A DNA stretch of 64,000 nucleotides from Cystobasidiomycetes sp. EMM_F5 (GCA_051047955.1 JBPGPT010000017.1:186001-250000), one strand, 5' to 3'. Positions 52,801 through 64,000 are shown, counted from the first letter of the stretch. The notes: generated by a model from the sequence alone, not told the origin. Program-made: numbers and translations.

Positions 52801-53252
52801 CGTTGTAGGCTGTTGTCTGAGTCAGTCATGGCTTCAGACGGTAGGCGTTAGAGCAGGCAGCTTAGGACGAGAATCAATCCGAAAGCAACTCAGTGTTACA
52901 AATGCAAGGTGCAGTTGTCCTCATCGGACGCTGCCAAGCGCCGTAACTATTGCAAGCGTGTTCTTTCTCTTCCGCCGCGTTCTTGAAAATAGGGGTCCAG
53001 AGCACGCCATCGTGGCTTACACAGGGACGGGCTCTTGCGAATTCCATCGAACAATCCTGAAAGAAGGTCGCTGCGAATTTCCCAAAAGACTTGTGTTTGT
53101 GCAAGTCTATCCTTCCAACCAAACTGGCTCCCACTACAACTTCTGAAAAGCAACCTGCTCCAGCAGCCGGAAAGGAGGAATCAGCAGCAAAGCGCAGAAA
53201 AGTAGACGAGACCAACGGACAATCAACGGCGACGCCTGAAGAAGAACCAAAA

Positions 53253-54203
53253 ATGTCACTCAGACTAGGATCAACCGCGCCAGACTTTGACGCAAAGACT
53301 ACCCAGGGCAACTTCAAGTTCCACGAATACATTGACGGCTCTTGGGCAATCCTCTTCTCGTAGGTCCGGATGTGATGCATGTTACGGATACTAAGCTGAC
53401 ATACATCCTACACTCCAATCAGTCACCCAGCCGACAAGTGAGCAACAAAGTATTGCTGCCTTTGAGTTCCGCCTCATTTCTTTCTGTAGGACTCCAGTAT
53501 GCACAACCGAACTTGGTGAAGTCGCCAAGCTCTCAGAAGAGTTCAAGAAGCGTGGCGTAAAGACTATTGGTCTTAGCTGCAATGACCTCGCTTCTCACGA
53601 AGACTGGATTGCCGAGTAAGTCGGCCCCTCACGAGTTTCCGAAAAGCAGCGATCTGACCTGCCGAACAGCATCAACGAGCTGTCCAATGTCGATCTCAAG
53701 TTCCCAATCATCGCTGATGAAGACCGCAAGGTTGCAAAGCTTTATGTACGCTCGGCTTCGACTTGGTCGTTTCCCGCCCACTAATCTCAATAATCCGACA
53801 GGACATGCTTGATGCACAAGACTTGACCAACGTCGATCAAAAGGGCATCCCATTCACTGTCCGCAGCGTGTTTATCATCGATCCCAGCAAGAAAATCCGC
53901 CTCACTCTGCAATACCCAGCCTCGACGGGTCGGCAATTCAACGAGGTTTTACGCTGCATCGATTCGCTGCAATTGGGTGATAAGAATCGCATCACAACGC
54001 CCGCCAATTGGGTACCAGGCGGCAAGGTTATCGTTCATCCAAGCGTTTCGAACGATGAGGCCGAGAAGATTTTCGGTGCCGGCAACGTCGAGTATGCTAG
54101 TGAGTCAAAAAAACGCCGAAAGCGACAGAGGAGCACTACTGACGGTCTGCACACTCTCTGTCAACCAGAGCCATACCTTCGCTTCACCAAGCTTGGCACT
54201 TGA
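53253..54203 (+). CDS. PRX1: 1-Cys peroxiredoxin (Prx6/Prx1 type), 6 exons including a 15-nt micro-exon (53423-53437)
   Basis: MSLRLGSTAPDF, WAILFSHPADKTPVCTTELG, FPIIAD, TVRSVFIIDP, YPASTGRQFNEVLRCIDSLQL, TPANW, KPYLRFT. Confidence 0.93.
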
Positions 54204-54425
54204 GCGTTCTTTTAGCAAACAAACCATGTTGTGCCTCTTTGTGCTCTCTCGCGCAACTGCTGCAAGGCTCTGTAGTCGCAAAAAAGCACATAAATCAACG
54301 CATATAAAAATACACGGTCGATTAAGCCTGGTTCTGCTGTTATGCCTATGTCTTTTTTGCTTGCATTGTCCCGCCTAATCGCCACTCAGCTTTGGCTCAG
54401 ACAAATACTTTCCGAACCTGTCAGT

Positions 54426-55195
54426 ATGGACGAAGTACAAATAGGGATAGCCCTGGTCGTTATATATCTCCTACATCGCTGGTGGTCTTCCTCATCAAGC
54501 GGTTCCTCAGCCCCGTCCAACGCCTCCGGACCGTCAAGTCGAGATCCGATAGCAGCTGCGGCTGACCGCTACAATGCGCTGGCTGCAACAATCCCCGCTA
54601 GCAGTATCGAACAAGCCTCTGCTATGTTTCCGCAATTTGACGACAGACACCTGAGATGGGAATTTGTGCGGACTGGACGTGTCCGTACTCTCGAACAGTT
54701 GGCTCAGGGTCTGTTGGATGACCGCGCTCCACCTCCACCTCCTGTAGGTCTACTTCATGTAACGGAAGACGCACATACCGCGCTCATGCTGTCCAATACA
54801 GCCCCATCCATCATTCTTGCCCGTCCAGCCAGCTTCCAGAAACATAGCCGGTGCCGCAAGCAGCTCGGTCACAACAAGAGCGAAAGTCGCCAAGCACGAA
54901 TCGCTCATAGACAGGTTAGGCTTACAAGCACAAGCTTCTGAGCAAGACAAAGAGTTTGCCGCGTCAGGAAACGTAGATAGTACGTCTTTACCAGAAGTCA
55001 AGGGTAAAGGCAAAGCAGTGGATGCGGGTTGGGCAGGGCTGAGCTTGCAGCAGAAGAAGGAGCGTTTCGTGTTGGAGGCGAGAAGGTGCGCTAATCATGA
55101 AGAAACCGAGCACATATTCGTGGCTGATTCGCTGTGCAATATTCAGACAAGCATTGCAGAAGGATCGGACGAAAAAGTTGGCATCGACATCCTAA
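54426..55195 (+). CDS. Membrane-anchored CUE-domain protein (Cue1/Cue4-like), 3 exons
   Basis: N-terminal TM IGIALVVIYLLHRWW, CUE-like IEQASAMFPQ..LRWEF.RTG, SLIDRLGL, C-terminal LQQKKERFVLEARR. Confidence 0.78.
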
Positions 55196-55797
55196 ATCAA
55201 ACGTTGGCAAACACTCATCCGCAAGTAGTAGTCTGTATGAGCAGATTCACACCATTGTATCCTTACGGCAATTTTAGTCGACATCCACACCTTATGCAGA
55301 ATCAAAGTTTCATTTCCCTCTGAGCTATGTCGCCCAGTCCACTGATCATCGATGACCAAACTGCAACATTCGCCGTCTACATACTTGCCTGTAAGTAAAA
55401 CAGGGCGAAGGCCAAAAAGGCTACAGAACATTCCTTACAGCCAGCCCGAGCCAATCATAGTCAGTGTGACGCTGCCAGCATGTATATTGTCCATCATAGT
55501 GTCCATGTATACTATTAATAACAAAAGAAGCGAGACGGCCTAGATTCAGCGATGGCAGGATAGGTAGCCTATGACCCAAACTCCAACATTCCATAATTCT
55601 TTTTTGCTCTCATCTACTTCTACGTGTATGCGCCAAACCACACTGTCAGACTTGATGTCTCCCCGGATTGCGTGGATTTCAAGTTCCCGGATTAGCTGGG
55701 TATGATGGAGAAAGCCTGATATCGTTCAAGCGAGGTATCGATAATAGAACAGAGGCGGTGACCGTATACTGCACTGATTGATCGCCCTGGAGAGTCC

Positions 55798-58219
55798 TTA
55801 CAAGACAAGTGCCAGACTGCTGAGCGTGAGTAGCAGACTTAGCGATACAGCTTGGGAAGATGCTGAAAAGGTGGACCATCCCGCATTCTTTGGTGTTGCT
55901 GACGCCGCAATTGCAGTCGCTTTGCTGCCAGGTGACGATGTCACCTTAGTATCATTGGAGGAACTAGCACCAATTACGCCAGTGGTGTTTGGAGTAGACA
56001 CGTTGACAGAGACCTGGTTCGCAGGATGACGCAAGAGGTTATTATATGTGATGCTATAGCGATAGTCTGGCCTCCTTTGACTTACGCTAGCCATATATGC
56101 CAAGGTGTACGTTGCGAGACTGCTGTTCGCTTGACTGATTATCCGGAAATCTACCGCGCAGAATGCGAGTCAGATGTGCGAAAGTGAAAGGATGACTGTA
56201 TGAGCGCACCCTCTTCCATCACCGGTGTATTATAGCCTGCATTCTCATCTTTGACCACTTCAAACTGTAGTGCCCAACCGTTCAGTCTCTTCCTTGGAGA
56301 GTGTACGACAATCACGCACCCAAGTGATAGCTCTCAACGATGGTAAAGCTTTCAGCGTATCTGGACCGGTGAGCTGATGCAACCAGTTGATTTTGATGTT
56401 ACTGTGATGACGGATGTCAGTATTGTACTCGCTGCGACATTAGCAATAGGAATTGCTTACGCCTCTGTCGCGTTGCCCGGTGCGGGTACACCAGTCTGAG
56501 GGTTTCGCGTGTACGAAGCACCAGTTTCTGCCAACACGAACGGTCTGTTTTGCACAGACCCAAACAGCTGCCAGAGATTACGAGCAAATCAGAGACCGCA
56601 GTGAAATCTGAGCAATTAACCATACCTTGTCGAACCGGTTCATTACTTTCAGTGCCTCATCGTCGGGCGGTAGATTGTTCAGACGTGCTTGCGTGCCGTA
56701 GTGACTGATGGCAGTCACAGATGACGTAAGTAGGTAAATGCGTTTCTTGCGGGATTACCAAACTTACTAGAACGATAAGCCGACAATACTGTACAGCGAG
56801 TAGGAATGGCAAGTTTAGCATGCGTGTCCGTCCCGTGTCAAGTTGGGTACTCACTCGACCATGTTTGCGCCTGGCCAGTATCCTGGGACAAAGACGAGAT
56901 CAGCCCAGACATGCGCTCCCACACCCTCCGGGTGACGTACCAGAATAACCACCCTGTTGACGCAGATATAACAAGTCAGACGCCCATCTCTACAGCGCCA
57001 CAATAAACGCACCCGAGTATCCCAAGTGTCATTACTCGAGGCGTACATCTCATTAGGCGCCCACAACATGTCTGTGCAGCTATTTATCAGTCTTTCGCTC
57101 AGGAATCGGATCGATTCGTGCCTGCTTACATGTATTATTCGTCGCTGCACGAACAGCATTTGTCACCAAATTCCACGATGCCAAAAAGGCGGATGGCTGT
57201 TGGCCCCATGCATACCTGCATGAACGACACATATCAGGGAGGAATGCTCATGATACAAAAGAAGAAGAGGGCTCACCAATCACCATTCATTTCGTGCGCG
57301 TATCGGAGCCACACTGTCACTCCAAGCTTATTGATGGCTGCCATTTTGGCTGCAATGCGATTAGCCTGGCCATATCAATGTGGGAGATGGATGGAGACGT
57401 CAAGCAATGCTCTCGAATACTGCCTGCCAGATGTCGTGCGACTTACGACTGCCGGTGTTATGCTCGCTAATCCCTCATCCGGCATCAGAGCGAGTGCTAG
57501 CGGCGGATTTCCTGGTTGTGCCTGTGTCGCTTGCACGTATTTGTCCTGATTGACGCCTCGATGTCAGGCAGAGGCTACCGATAACGCAACGAGCATGTCC
57601 TTACGATCTGCGAGAAGGTTGGGTCTGACGACTGGATCTGTCCATATGCTCCAATCTTTTACGAGGTAGTGGAGAAGACCCCGTCAACATGGCTAATGGG
57701 ACTAGGGACTCGACTTCCAACTCACAACCGCCATTGGCTTTGGCAATAGCTTGTTTAGCATTGTAGGATCATTTGGGTGCATAGGTTCTCCCCTGTTGCG
57801 TCAAAATGCCGATACACAACCAGAGTCAGCGGAAGCTTATCAAAATGCAGGGAGGCCTAATCTGGCGGGTCCCAGCTGCCGGCAATTTCCTCAACGCACC
57901 ATGCTGGCAGGAAGCCTGTGCGGGCGATAGAGAGAAGCAAGTCAGCGTATCAGAACATTCTCTTGAGACTGTCGTCTGCTCGTTTGCGAGACAAAGCTGT
58001 CAGTCCCTGAGAGTAGGGGCACCGCCACTCACCAACGGCAACACCGTCTGCATTCAGGTTTGCAGGATTGAGACCCAGAGGATCGTTCATACCGCGCTTG
58101 GTGTATGGAGCATGGCTGCTGCTTGTCGATGGTACTGAAGCTGCTGCAGCGAGTCCTGCGCTCAGAAGTTGGGCGGCCGACGCTGTCGCCGAGAGGAGGC
58201 TGGCTCGCTGTACCCGCAT
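55798..58219 (-). CDS. Secreted, probably GPI-anchored glycoside hydrolase family 26; 17 exons
   Basis: Manual splicing gives signal peptide, GFLPAW, WLRYAHEMNGDWY.WG (acid/base Glu), MLWAPN, YWPGANMVDIVGLSFYH, PFVLAETG (nucleophile), IKINWL, ITWFEVVK, S/T-rich linker and hydrophobic C-terminus. Confidence 0.85.
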
Positions 58220-58952
58220 GACTTTCAGGAACTGTGTAAAAGATTCGACGATAGCAGAAGCAGAGAGAGGGCCTCTGCAGAACCAGCTGGCTGCCCGCTG
58301 CTTGTTTATCGAATGCTCAGCACTCTCAGCGTGTCTTTGCTTTTTGGCTTCCAAGAAACGCTCCCCGACTGCCTGGGCAAACAGCAGATCCCGCGAAAAT
58401 AAACACCAGGCATTTTCGATCACCCCTGGGTTGAAGTGGATGCCACGGCGAGCGGCAGCTCGTTTAACTTAAAGAACAAGGTGCTTGGTAGCTATTTAGC
58501 TAGGAATGCAGAGCTTTTATGAGTCTGCAAAAGCCTTGAATTTGGGATTTTCGCAGGCTTGAGCTCAAGGACGTCTGTCAAAGGGCACGTGCAGAAGTGA
58601 ACAAGTCGTGTAAACATCGAAAGACGTGTGAGAACATAATTGACAAAGGATGCTGTCCGTCTGTTCCATAGAAAAAACACCCACGCTATGACTGCGCGAG
58701 GCCTAACCCATATGCAATTCTCGAGCTTCGTTAAAGCGAGTCGATAGCCAGAGAGCCGGGCTGATCATGACAGAATGAGGCAGCAGAAACGCATTCCAAG
58801 ACCGTCCACTGGAGCGCATGTTGTCGTGGACGTCGTACTGCCGTACTGCCGCAGTATACAGCTTCGACATAATGTCCGCGATCAACCCCCGTATGTACCT
58901 GGTTATTCCCAGGCGTGTATCGTACTTGCTCCCAATACAAGACACTGCAAAT

Positions 58953-60373
58953 ATGCCAGCTGCGACGAGTGAGGACGTGGTAGCGCTCAGCAACACGACT
59001 GTAGTGGTGCACCCGCTGGTTCTGCTGAGCGTAGTGGACCATGCGGCACGAGTAGGCAGAGACACAAAGAGGAGGGTGGTCGGTATCCTGCTGGGTCAGA
59101 ACGACGGAAAGAAAATCAATGTTGCAAACTCATACGCTGGTCAGTCGATATTGTTGGTATTCACAGCATCATTTGCAGCCAGTCGTCCGAATGGTCACAG
59201 GTGGCCTCGTCAGCGAGGTTGAGCGATGTGCAATCTACGCCATATCCTAGAACAGCAGAGCCGCATACATATCGACATGCTCGATACTTACCTGTTATAT
59301 ACCTGCTCCAGTGCCATTCGAGGAGGACGAGCGCGATCCACGGACGTGGTTCCTCGACCACAATTTCATCGAAGAAATGACGACAATGTTCAAGAAGGTG
59401 AATGGTGAGGCACCTTCTATCATGAATTTCCAATCTCTGCTACTCACTGCTGATGTATAACTCCTCGTCTTGACGTACTTAGCAAAAGAACGGCTCATTG
59501 GCTGGTATCATACTGGGCCAAAGCTACGCGCTTCAGACTTGGAGATTAACGAAGTAATCAAGCGATTTGTCAGTACAGACCAGAGAGAAAATCGTCGACA
59601 CCCATCTGACTGATAGTGGTACGTTCGCAGATTCCGAAACCTGTCATGGTAATCATCGATCCTCGGCATCGCGAATCTGGTATCCCTACAGATGCCTACT
59701 TCGCAGTGGAAGAGATCAAAGATGTACGTCAAACACATTCGCTTCGCTTGTCGCCTGACTCCGCGCTTATCTTCCTGTGAATATACAGGACGGCACGGCG
59801 ACGCAAAAGACATTCATGCATGTCCCTTCGGTCATTGAAGCGGAAGAGGCGGAAGAGATTGGCGTAGAGCACTTGTTACGCGACATCAAAAATCTGTCTA
59901 CAGGGACCCTATCGACGCGTGTCGCAGATCGTCTTTCATCCCTACGCGGACTAGCGACACATCTCGCAGAAATACGAGACTATCTCTCCCTCGTGCTCAG
60001 TGGCGAGATGCCAATCAATCATCAGATAATATACAACCTCCAAGACATCTTCAACCTCCTGCCAAACCTCGAAGGCCTCGAGCAAGCGAGCACAGATGGC
60101 AAACGACCATTCACGGAAGCGACAAACGACGAACTCCTCATACTCTACATCAGCTCAATGATTCGTGCAGTTATTGCGCTGCATAACCTGTATGTCTCAG
60201 TCCTACCTGCGATTCTTACTGCTTTGAAGACTGCTAACGATGTGCTCTCACACAGCGTAAATAACAAGCTGGAAAATTCAACAACGAATGCAGATGGTGA
60301 TGACAGTACAGAAAAGCCCAAGGTTGAGGCCAAGAAGGACGAGAAGGAGACGATAAAGGCAAGCAAGAAATAA
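58953..60373 (+). CDS. RPN8: 26S proteasome lid subunit Rpn8/PSMD7, multi-exon
   Basis: [84 protein letters not shown]. Confidence 0.96.
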
Positions 60374-60789
60374 GAATGTGCTGGTACGGTGTCGAGCGAG
60401 CCAGTCTATCGCATTTAGTCACTGCATTGTAATTTCTTTGTAGCCAGCCAGCAAGCGTCGTTCTCTGCAGTAGACAAGCTGTTGCAGCTGCTTGGTAGGT
60501 CTTGACGTGTCGGGTTCTGTTGAAACGTCAATTTCAAGCAGGCTCGATTGCTCGTTCTGCTCTGCCCCAGCGAGCTGCAGCCGGAACCAGCATATAAAGG
60601 TGAGGGCAGATGGCAGTAGCCTTGCGAAGTACACATGATGAGTATGAGCTGACTGGGTGATTTTATCCCGCTACCGCTGCTGGTCACCGACGTTGATACT
60701 TCGACTGCTCTTTGGCCCGCATCCCCCCGACCTCCACCCATCACCTCATACGATAGAGCGGTCACACACACGACAGCTCACATTACACA

Positions 60790-61139
60790 ATGGCTTTCCT
60801 TGGATTCCGATACTACAATACCCCGGTGTTGAGGCCACTGGCGCCCTTCATTGCTGGAGGAGCAGTCACTTTCTACCTCGTCAATCTGGCGCAAAAACAG
60901 ATGCTACAAGGTAAGATGGCGCGCAGTCCAGTCTGTCATTACATTTGCACATACTAATGCATCCGCATTCCCGTAGCGCCAGTGTATCGCGATGACCCGA
61001 GGAACCCATACGGTACGCTCGTCTACTGAGCAAGGCCGCCGTGGTGCCATCGCATTACAGCACAAATATTTACTGATATGTTTCTGATACAATCTTATAC
61101 TCACTTGTAGCCTCCGGCAAGAAGGCGGCTGCTCATTGA
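60790..61139 (+). CDS. ATP18: Mitochondrial ATP synthase subunit j (i/j), 3 exons
   Basis: MAFLGFRYYNTPVLRPLAPFIAGGAVTFYLVNLAQKQMLQ|APVYRDDPRNPY|ASGKKAAAH*; DPRNP motif. Confidence 0.9.
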
Positions 61140-61478
61140 TCCACCTTTCTGGACGCAATAGGCATGTCGATAGTAGACGGGGATTAGAGAAAAGCTTTTA
61201 CATTAACAGAAACACTGCAGGATGTCAGCGACTAGCCATGTCTGCTAATCTCGCCGGCAAACTATTCCTTTGGGGTTGACTGTGATCGCTCTAAGCGGGC
61301 TTCGATTGTATCCACGAGCGTTTTAGTGCAAGGCGACCAACGAGACACTAAATGCATTGCACTACGTCGAAGCCATGAAAGCTATGTGCATCATGAAGCA
61401 CGTCTGTTAGGACGTTTTAACCCACGCAAAGCTGTCCGCGACGGCCTTCCAGTTGCTCATCCGTTGCAGCGGCAGCGC

Positions 61479-63147
61479 ATGTCTTCGCCCACGTATTTTC
61501 GTCCGACGTGCGTTCGACCCGTCACGCGGAAGTCCTGGCTGAGCCTGACCGTCGCCGTATCTGCATTCTGCCTCCTCCTTCTGGTCACTTCTGCAGACCG
61601 TTTGCGTTATCTTTCGTTCACTCCTACGGCACGAACTGCTGCTGTATTTGAGACAGCCAAAATGGCCACGACCAGCAATGAAACAGCAAATGCTGTTCAG
61701 ACGACAGCTCTGCAAGACTACCTCAAGCAGGCGAAGGCCGCTTTTCTGGACACTCTCAAGACGCAAGACAGCCTAGCAGACTGGGTCATCGTAATGGGTG
61801 AGTGTGTGCCTGTCGCTGAGTTTGTTTATCGAGCTCTGACAGATGTCAATGAAACATTGACACAGGAAATGAAGCTGGTGGTGAGCAGTTTGGCCATACA
61901 TCATCCTGCCATCTCTCTAACCGAGCTATACAGATCTTGACTCTCTAGCCAGCGCAATTGGCTTTGCCTACCTGTCTGCGGTGTCCTCCGCGGAGCCGCA
62001 GCCCCGCTACGTTCCACTGTTCCAGACGCATGTCGAAGATCTCTATCTCCGAGCAGAGAACATTCTCGCCATAGACTCGTCAAACATTTCGCCTGGAGAG
62101 CATATTCTCTGGCTTAACGAGCTACCGAATGACTTGACTGAACTGTCTAGGCGTAGCGCCAAGTATGCGCTAGTCGACCACAATCGCCTCATCAGCAAAT
62201 TTGCTGGTGCCGATGACAGTGTTATTGCTGTTATGGATCACCATACCGATGAAGGCTATCACAAGTCTGCTGAGCCCCGTAGGATCCAGGTTCCGACCGG
62301 ATCTACCTCTTCTCTGGTAACTGAACATTTCTTCTCGAAACGAGGTGTGACATCCGTCCCGACAGATCTCGCAGACCTGCTGCTGGGTGCGTTACTCATT
62401 GATACAAAGAACATCACACCAGCTCCGAAAGGTAAAGCTGTTGACACGGATCTAGCATCTGCGTCCTTTTTGTTTCCGTACACAACGCTCGGTGCCAAAG
62501 CTCTCCATGGACCGGACGCTGCATCCTTTTCGACGAGCAGTATTAACGGCAAACCGGCCGAGCCGCTGGCCAAAGTGGATAACGCAGCCGTTCGAGCAGT
62601 ATTCCAACACACCTTCGATGCTATAGCAGACAAGAAGTTTGACCTTACAGCCCTCAACTCTCGCGATCTGCTTCGTCGAGATTACAAAGAATACGAATCG
62701 AACAATCAGCATATTCGTTACGGTATCTCATCAGTTCCCATGCCCATCACGGACTGGGTGGAACGGCAAGAGATAGGGAACGACTACAAAACACTAGCGC
62801 AGAAACTTGACGATTGGGGCGCTGAACGTGATTTGCGCATTGTCTGTGCACTCACGAATTATAATGTGCCTGGCAAGGAGAAGCGAGGTAAAGCACAAGT
62901 CTATCTGCTACGAACGAAAGATCCGAAACAAATAATTGCGTTGCGGAGGATGTTGGTGTTCATGGTGCAGGATTCGAAAGACATCTTAAATCTGAAGGAG
63001 CTGGATCTGCCGGAGACGGACATTACAGGTTCAGCTTGGGAAGGACATGTATTTGTTTATCGGCAGAAGGAGACAGATCCCACACGCAAACAGGTCGCAC
63101 CTGCCTTGGAAAAGGCAGTATCGTACCTCGAGCAAGGCAAATTTTGA
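61479..63147 (+). CDS. PPX1: DHH-family exopolyphosphatase (Ppx1/Prune); in-frame ATGs at 61479 and 61662; 15-nt micro-exon 61866-61880
   Basis: VIVMGNEAGDLDSLASA, LVDHN, MDHH, GSTSSLV, LLIDT, LLRRDYKEY, TRKQVAP. Confidence 0.9.
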
Positions 63148-63309
63148 GATTGAGTAGTGCCGCATGGGCAAGCGCGGTCAGGCATCGAGGCGTGATTTGC
63201 GCATGATCAAGTCACTCAGTAATAGCACAGTGGTATCCGAAAAGATTTGGGTACAACAGCAGACTTGCCGCGTGTCAAGATAATAGTATAATATGTCAAC
63301 GCCAAGCCT

Positions 63310-64000
63310 CTAAAGCGCAACAGCGGCGGCAGTGCGTAACGCTTTGATGTGCTTGACATAGTACGGATCTGGCGATTTGGCGACCCAATTCGCACCTCGA
63401 TACAGTCGAGCATACTCTAAACACATCCTGCAGAGTCTGTCAGCTCGTGACCCCTGTAGTCAGACGATTGAGAGCCACGCACCTATACACATACATATCG
63501 ATGTCTTCACGTCGAAACACATTCCGTTTCCACTCGGCTGCCTCCGTGCCAATCGTAGCCAGCTGCTCCTGGCGTTTGATTGCCGCAACCGATTTTTTCT
63601 CGTTAGGCTTCAAGCCAATAAAGTACGCAAAGATATCGTAGACTTCATCAAAAGTCATGGAAACGGGGATGAAGTGCATCCAGGGCTGTATCCAGTCGGA
63701 GTAGAACTCATCGTAGATTGTGGCCTTGAGTACAACGCCTGCGCTGGCCAAAAGCGCTTGGAATCGTGCAGAATAGGATAAACCGTCGAGATCCAGCAAG
63801 AACTTGTAGTCGTTGATCGAATCCAGCTTGAAGCGGCCGTCAAGGCGGCTGTAAATCCCAGAATGATAGAAAGTATCGCAAGCCATCGAACCTGCTGGTC
63901 CACATTGCTCGACCTGCAAAGTCGAAAATGCAACGTCCATGATTTGCGAATTGATTGCAGTGCTGTTAAGGTTTTCGATGTGCATGACGTGTTCCTGTTG
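63310..64000 (-). CDS. GT90 (CAP10/Cxt1-like) glycosyltransferase, 3' part only
   Basis: YKFLLDLDGLSYSARFQALL, KATIYDEFYSDWIQPWMHFIPVS, RREDIDMYVYR|MCLEYARL. Confidence 0.85.

Noticed and set aside
58818..58952. In-frame upstream ATGs for RPN8 (and 54342 for the CUE protein)
   Set aside because: The extensions show no clear targeting motif and probably lie upstream of the TSS
59284..59294. U1 snRNA gene
   Set aside because: Only the 11-nt 5' end matches; it runs into an RPN8 exon with no U1 stem-loops or Sm site
60419..60634. 71-aa minus-strand ORF with a signal-like start
   Set aside because: No introns, motifs or recognisable homology; lies in the RPN8 3' UTR / ATP18 promoter space
63136..63153. 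Peroxisomal PTS1 or stop-readthrough signal on PPX1 (GKF*) and other genes
   Set aside because: GKF is a poor PTS1, and none of the stop codons I checked has the TGA-CTA readthrough context followed by an SKL-like end

Overview
Compact, intron-rich eukaryotic DNA (roughly balanced GC; most introns ~50-75 nt with GTRAGY/GTRCGY donors, CTRAC branch points and YAG acceptors). It is most consistent with a basidiomycete fungus, probably a yeast; the lineage is my inference from gene and intron style. I reconstructed about 26 protein-coding genes by manual splicing. Most are housekeeping: NOL10/ENP2, CWC21, TMEM184-like, TRS20, ELP2, a GCK-type Ste20 kinase, NOP56, an MFS transporter, SEC7, SRP receptor alpha, RIP1, ALG12-like, a LIM protein, SKI3, ATF1, a 1-Cys peroxiredoxin, a CUE protein, RPN8, ATP18, PPX1 and a GT90. 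There are also two CAZymes (an endoglycoceramidase-like GH5 and a 17-exon GPI-anchored GH26 that the ORF track almost misses) and two small secreted proteins. I saw no transposon, rRNA, tRNA or CRISPR. The most interesting signals are: (1) the 1-Cys peroxiredoxin carries two hidden NLS-like sequences, one in a 43-codon in-frame extension starting at a CUG in strong Kozak context (AKRRKV) and one in a 69-nt stop-free last intron (KKRRKRQR); (2) an unexplained, highly base-paired ~430-nt element at ~3560-3990 that looks like a structured ncRNA; (3) a Kex2-processed, very hydrophobic secreted protein preceded by four ATGACGT (Atf1/M26) sites and lying next to ATF1; (4) a two-AUG exopolyphosphatase with an optional hydrophobic N-terminus. 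All exon boundaries were called by eye and no database searches were run.
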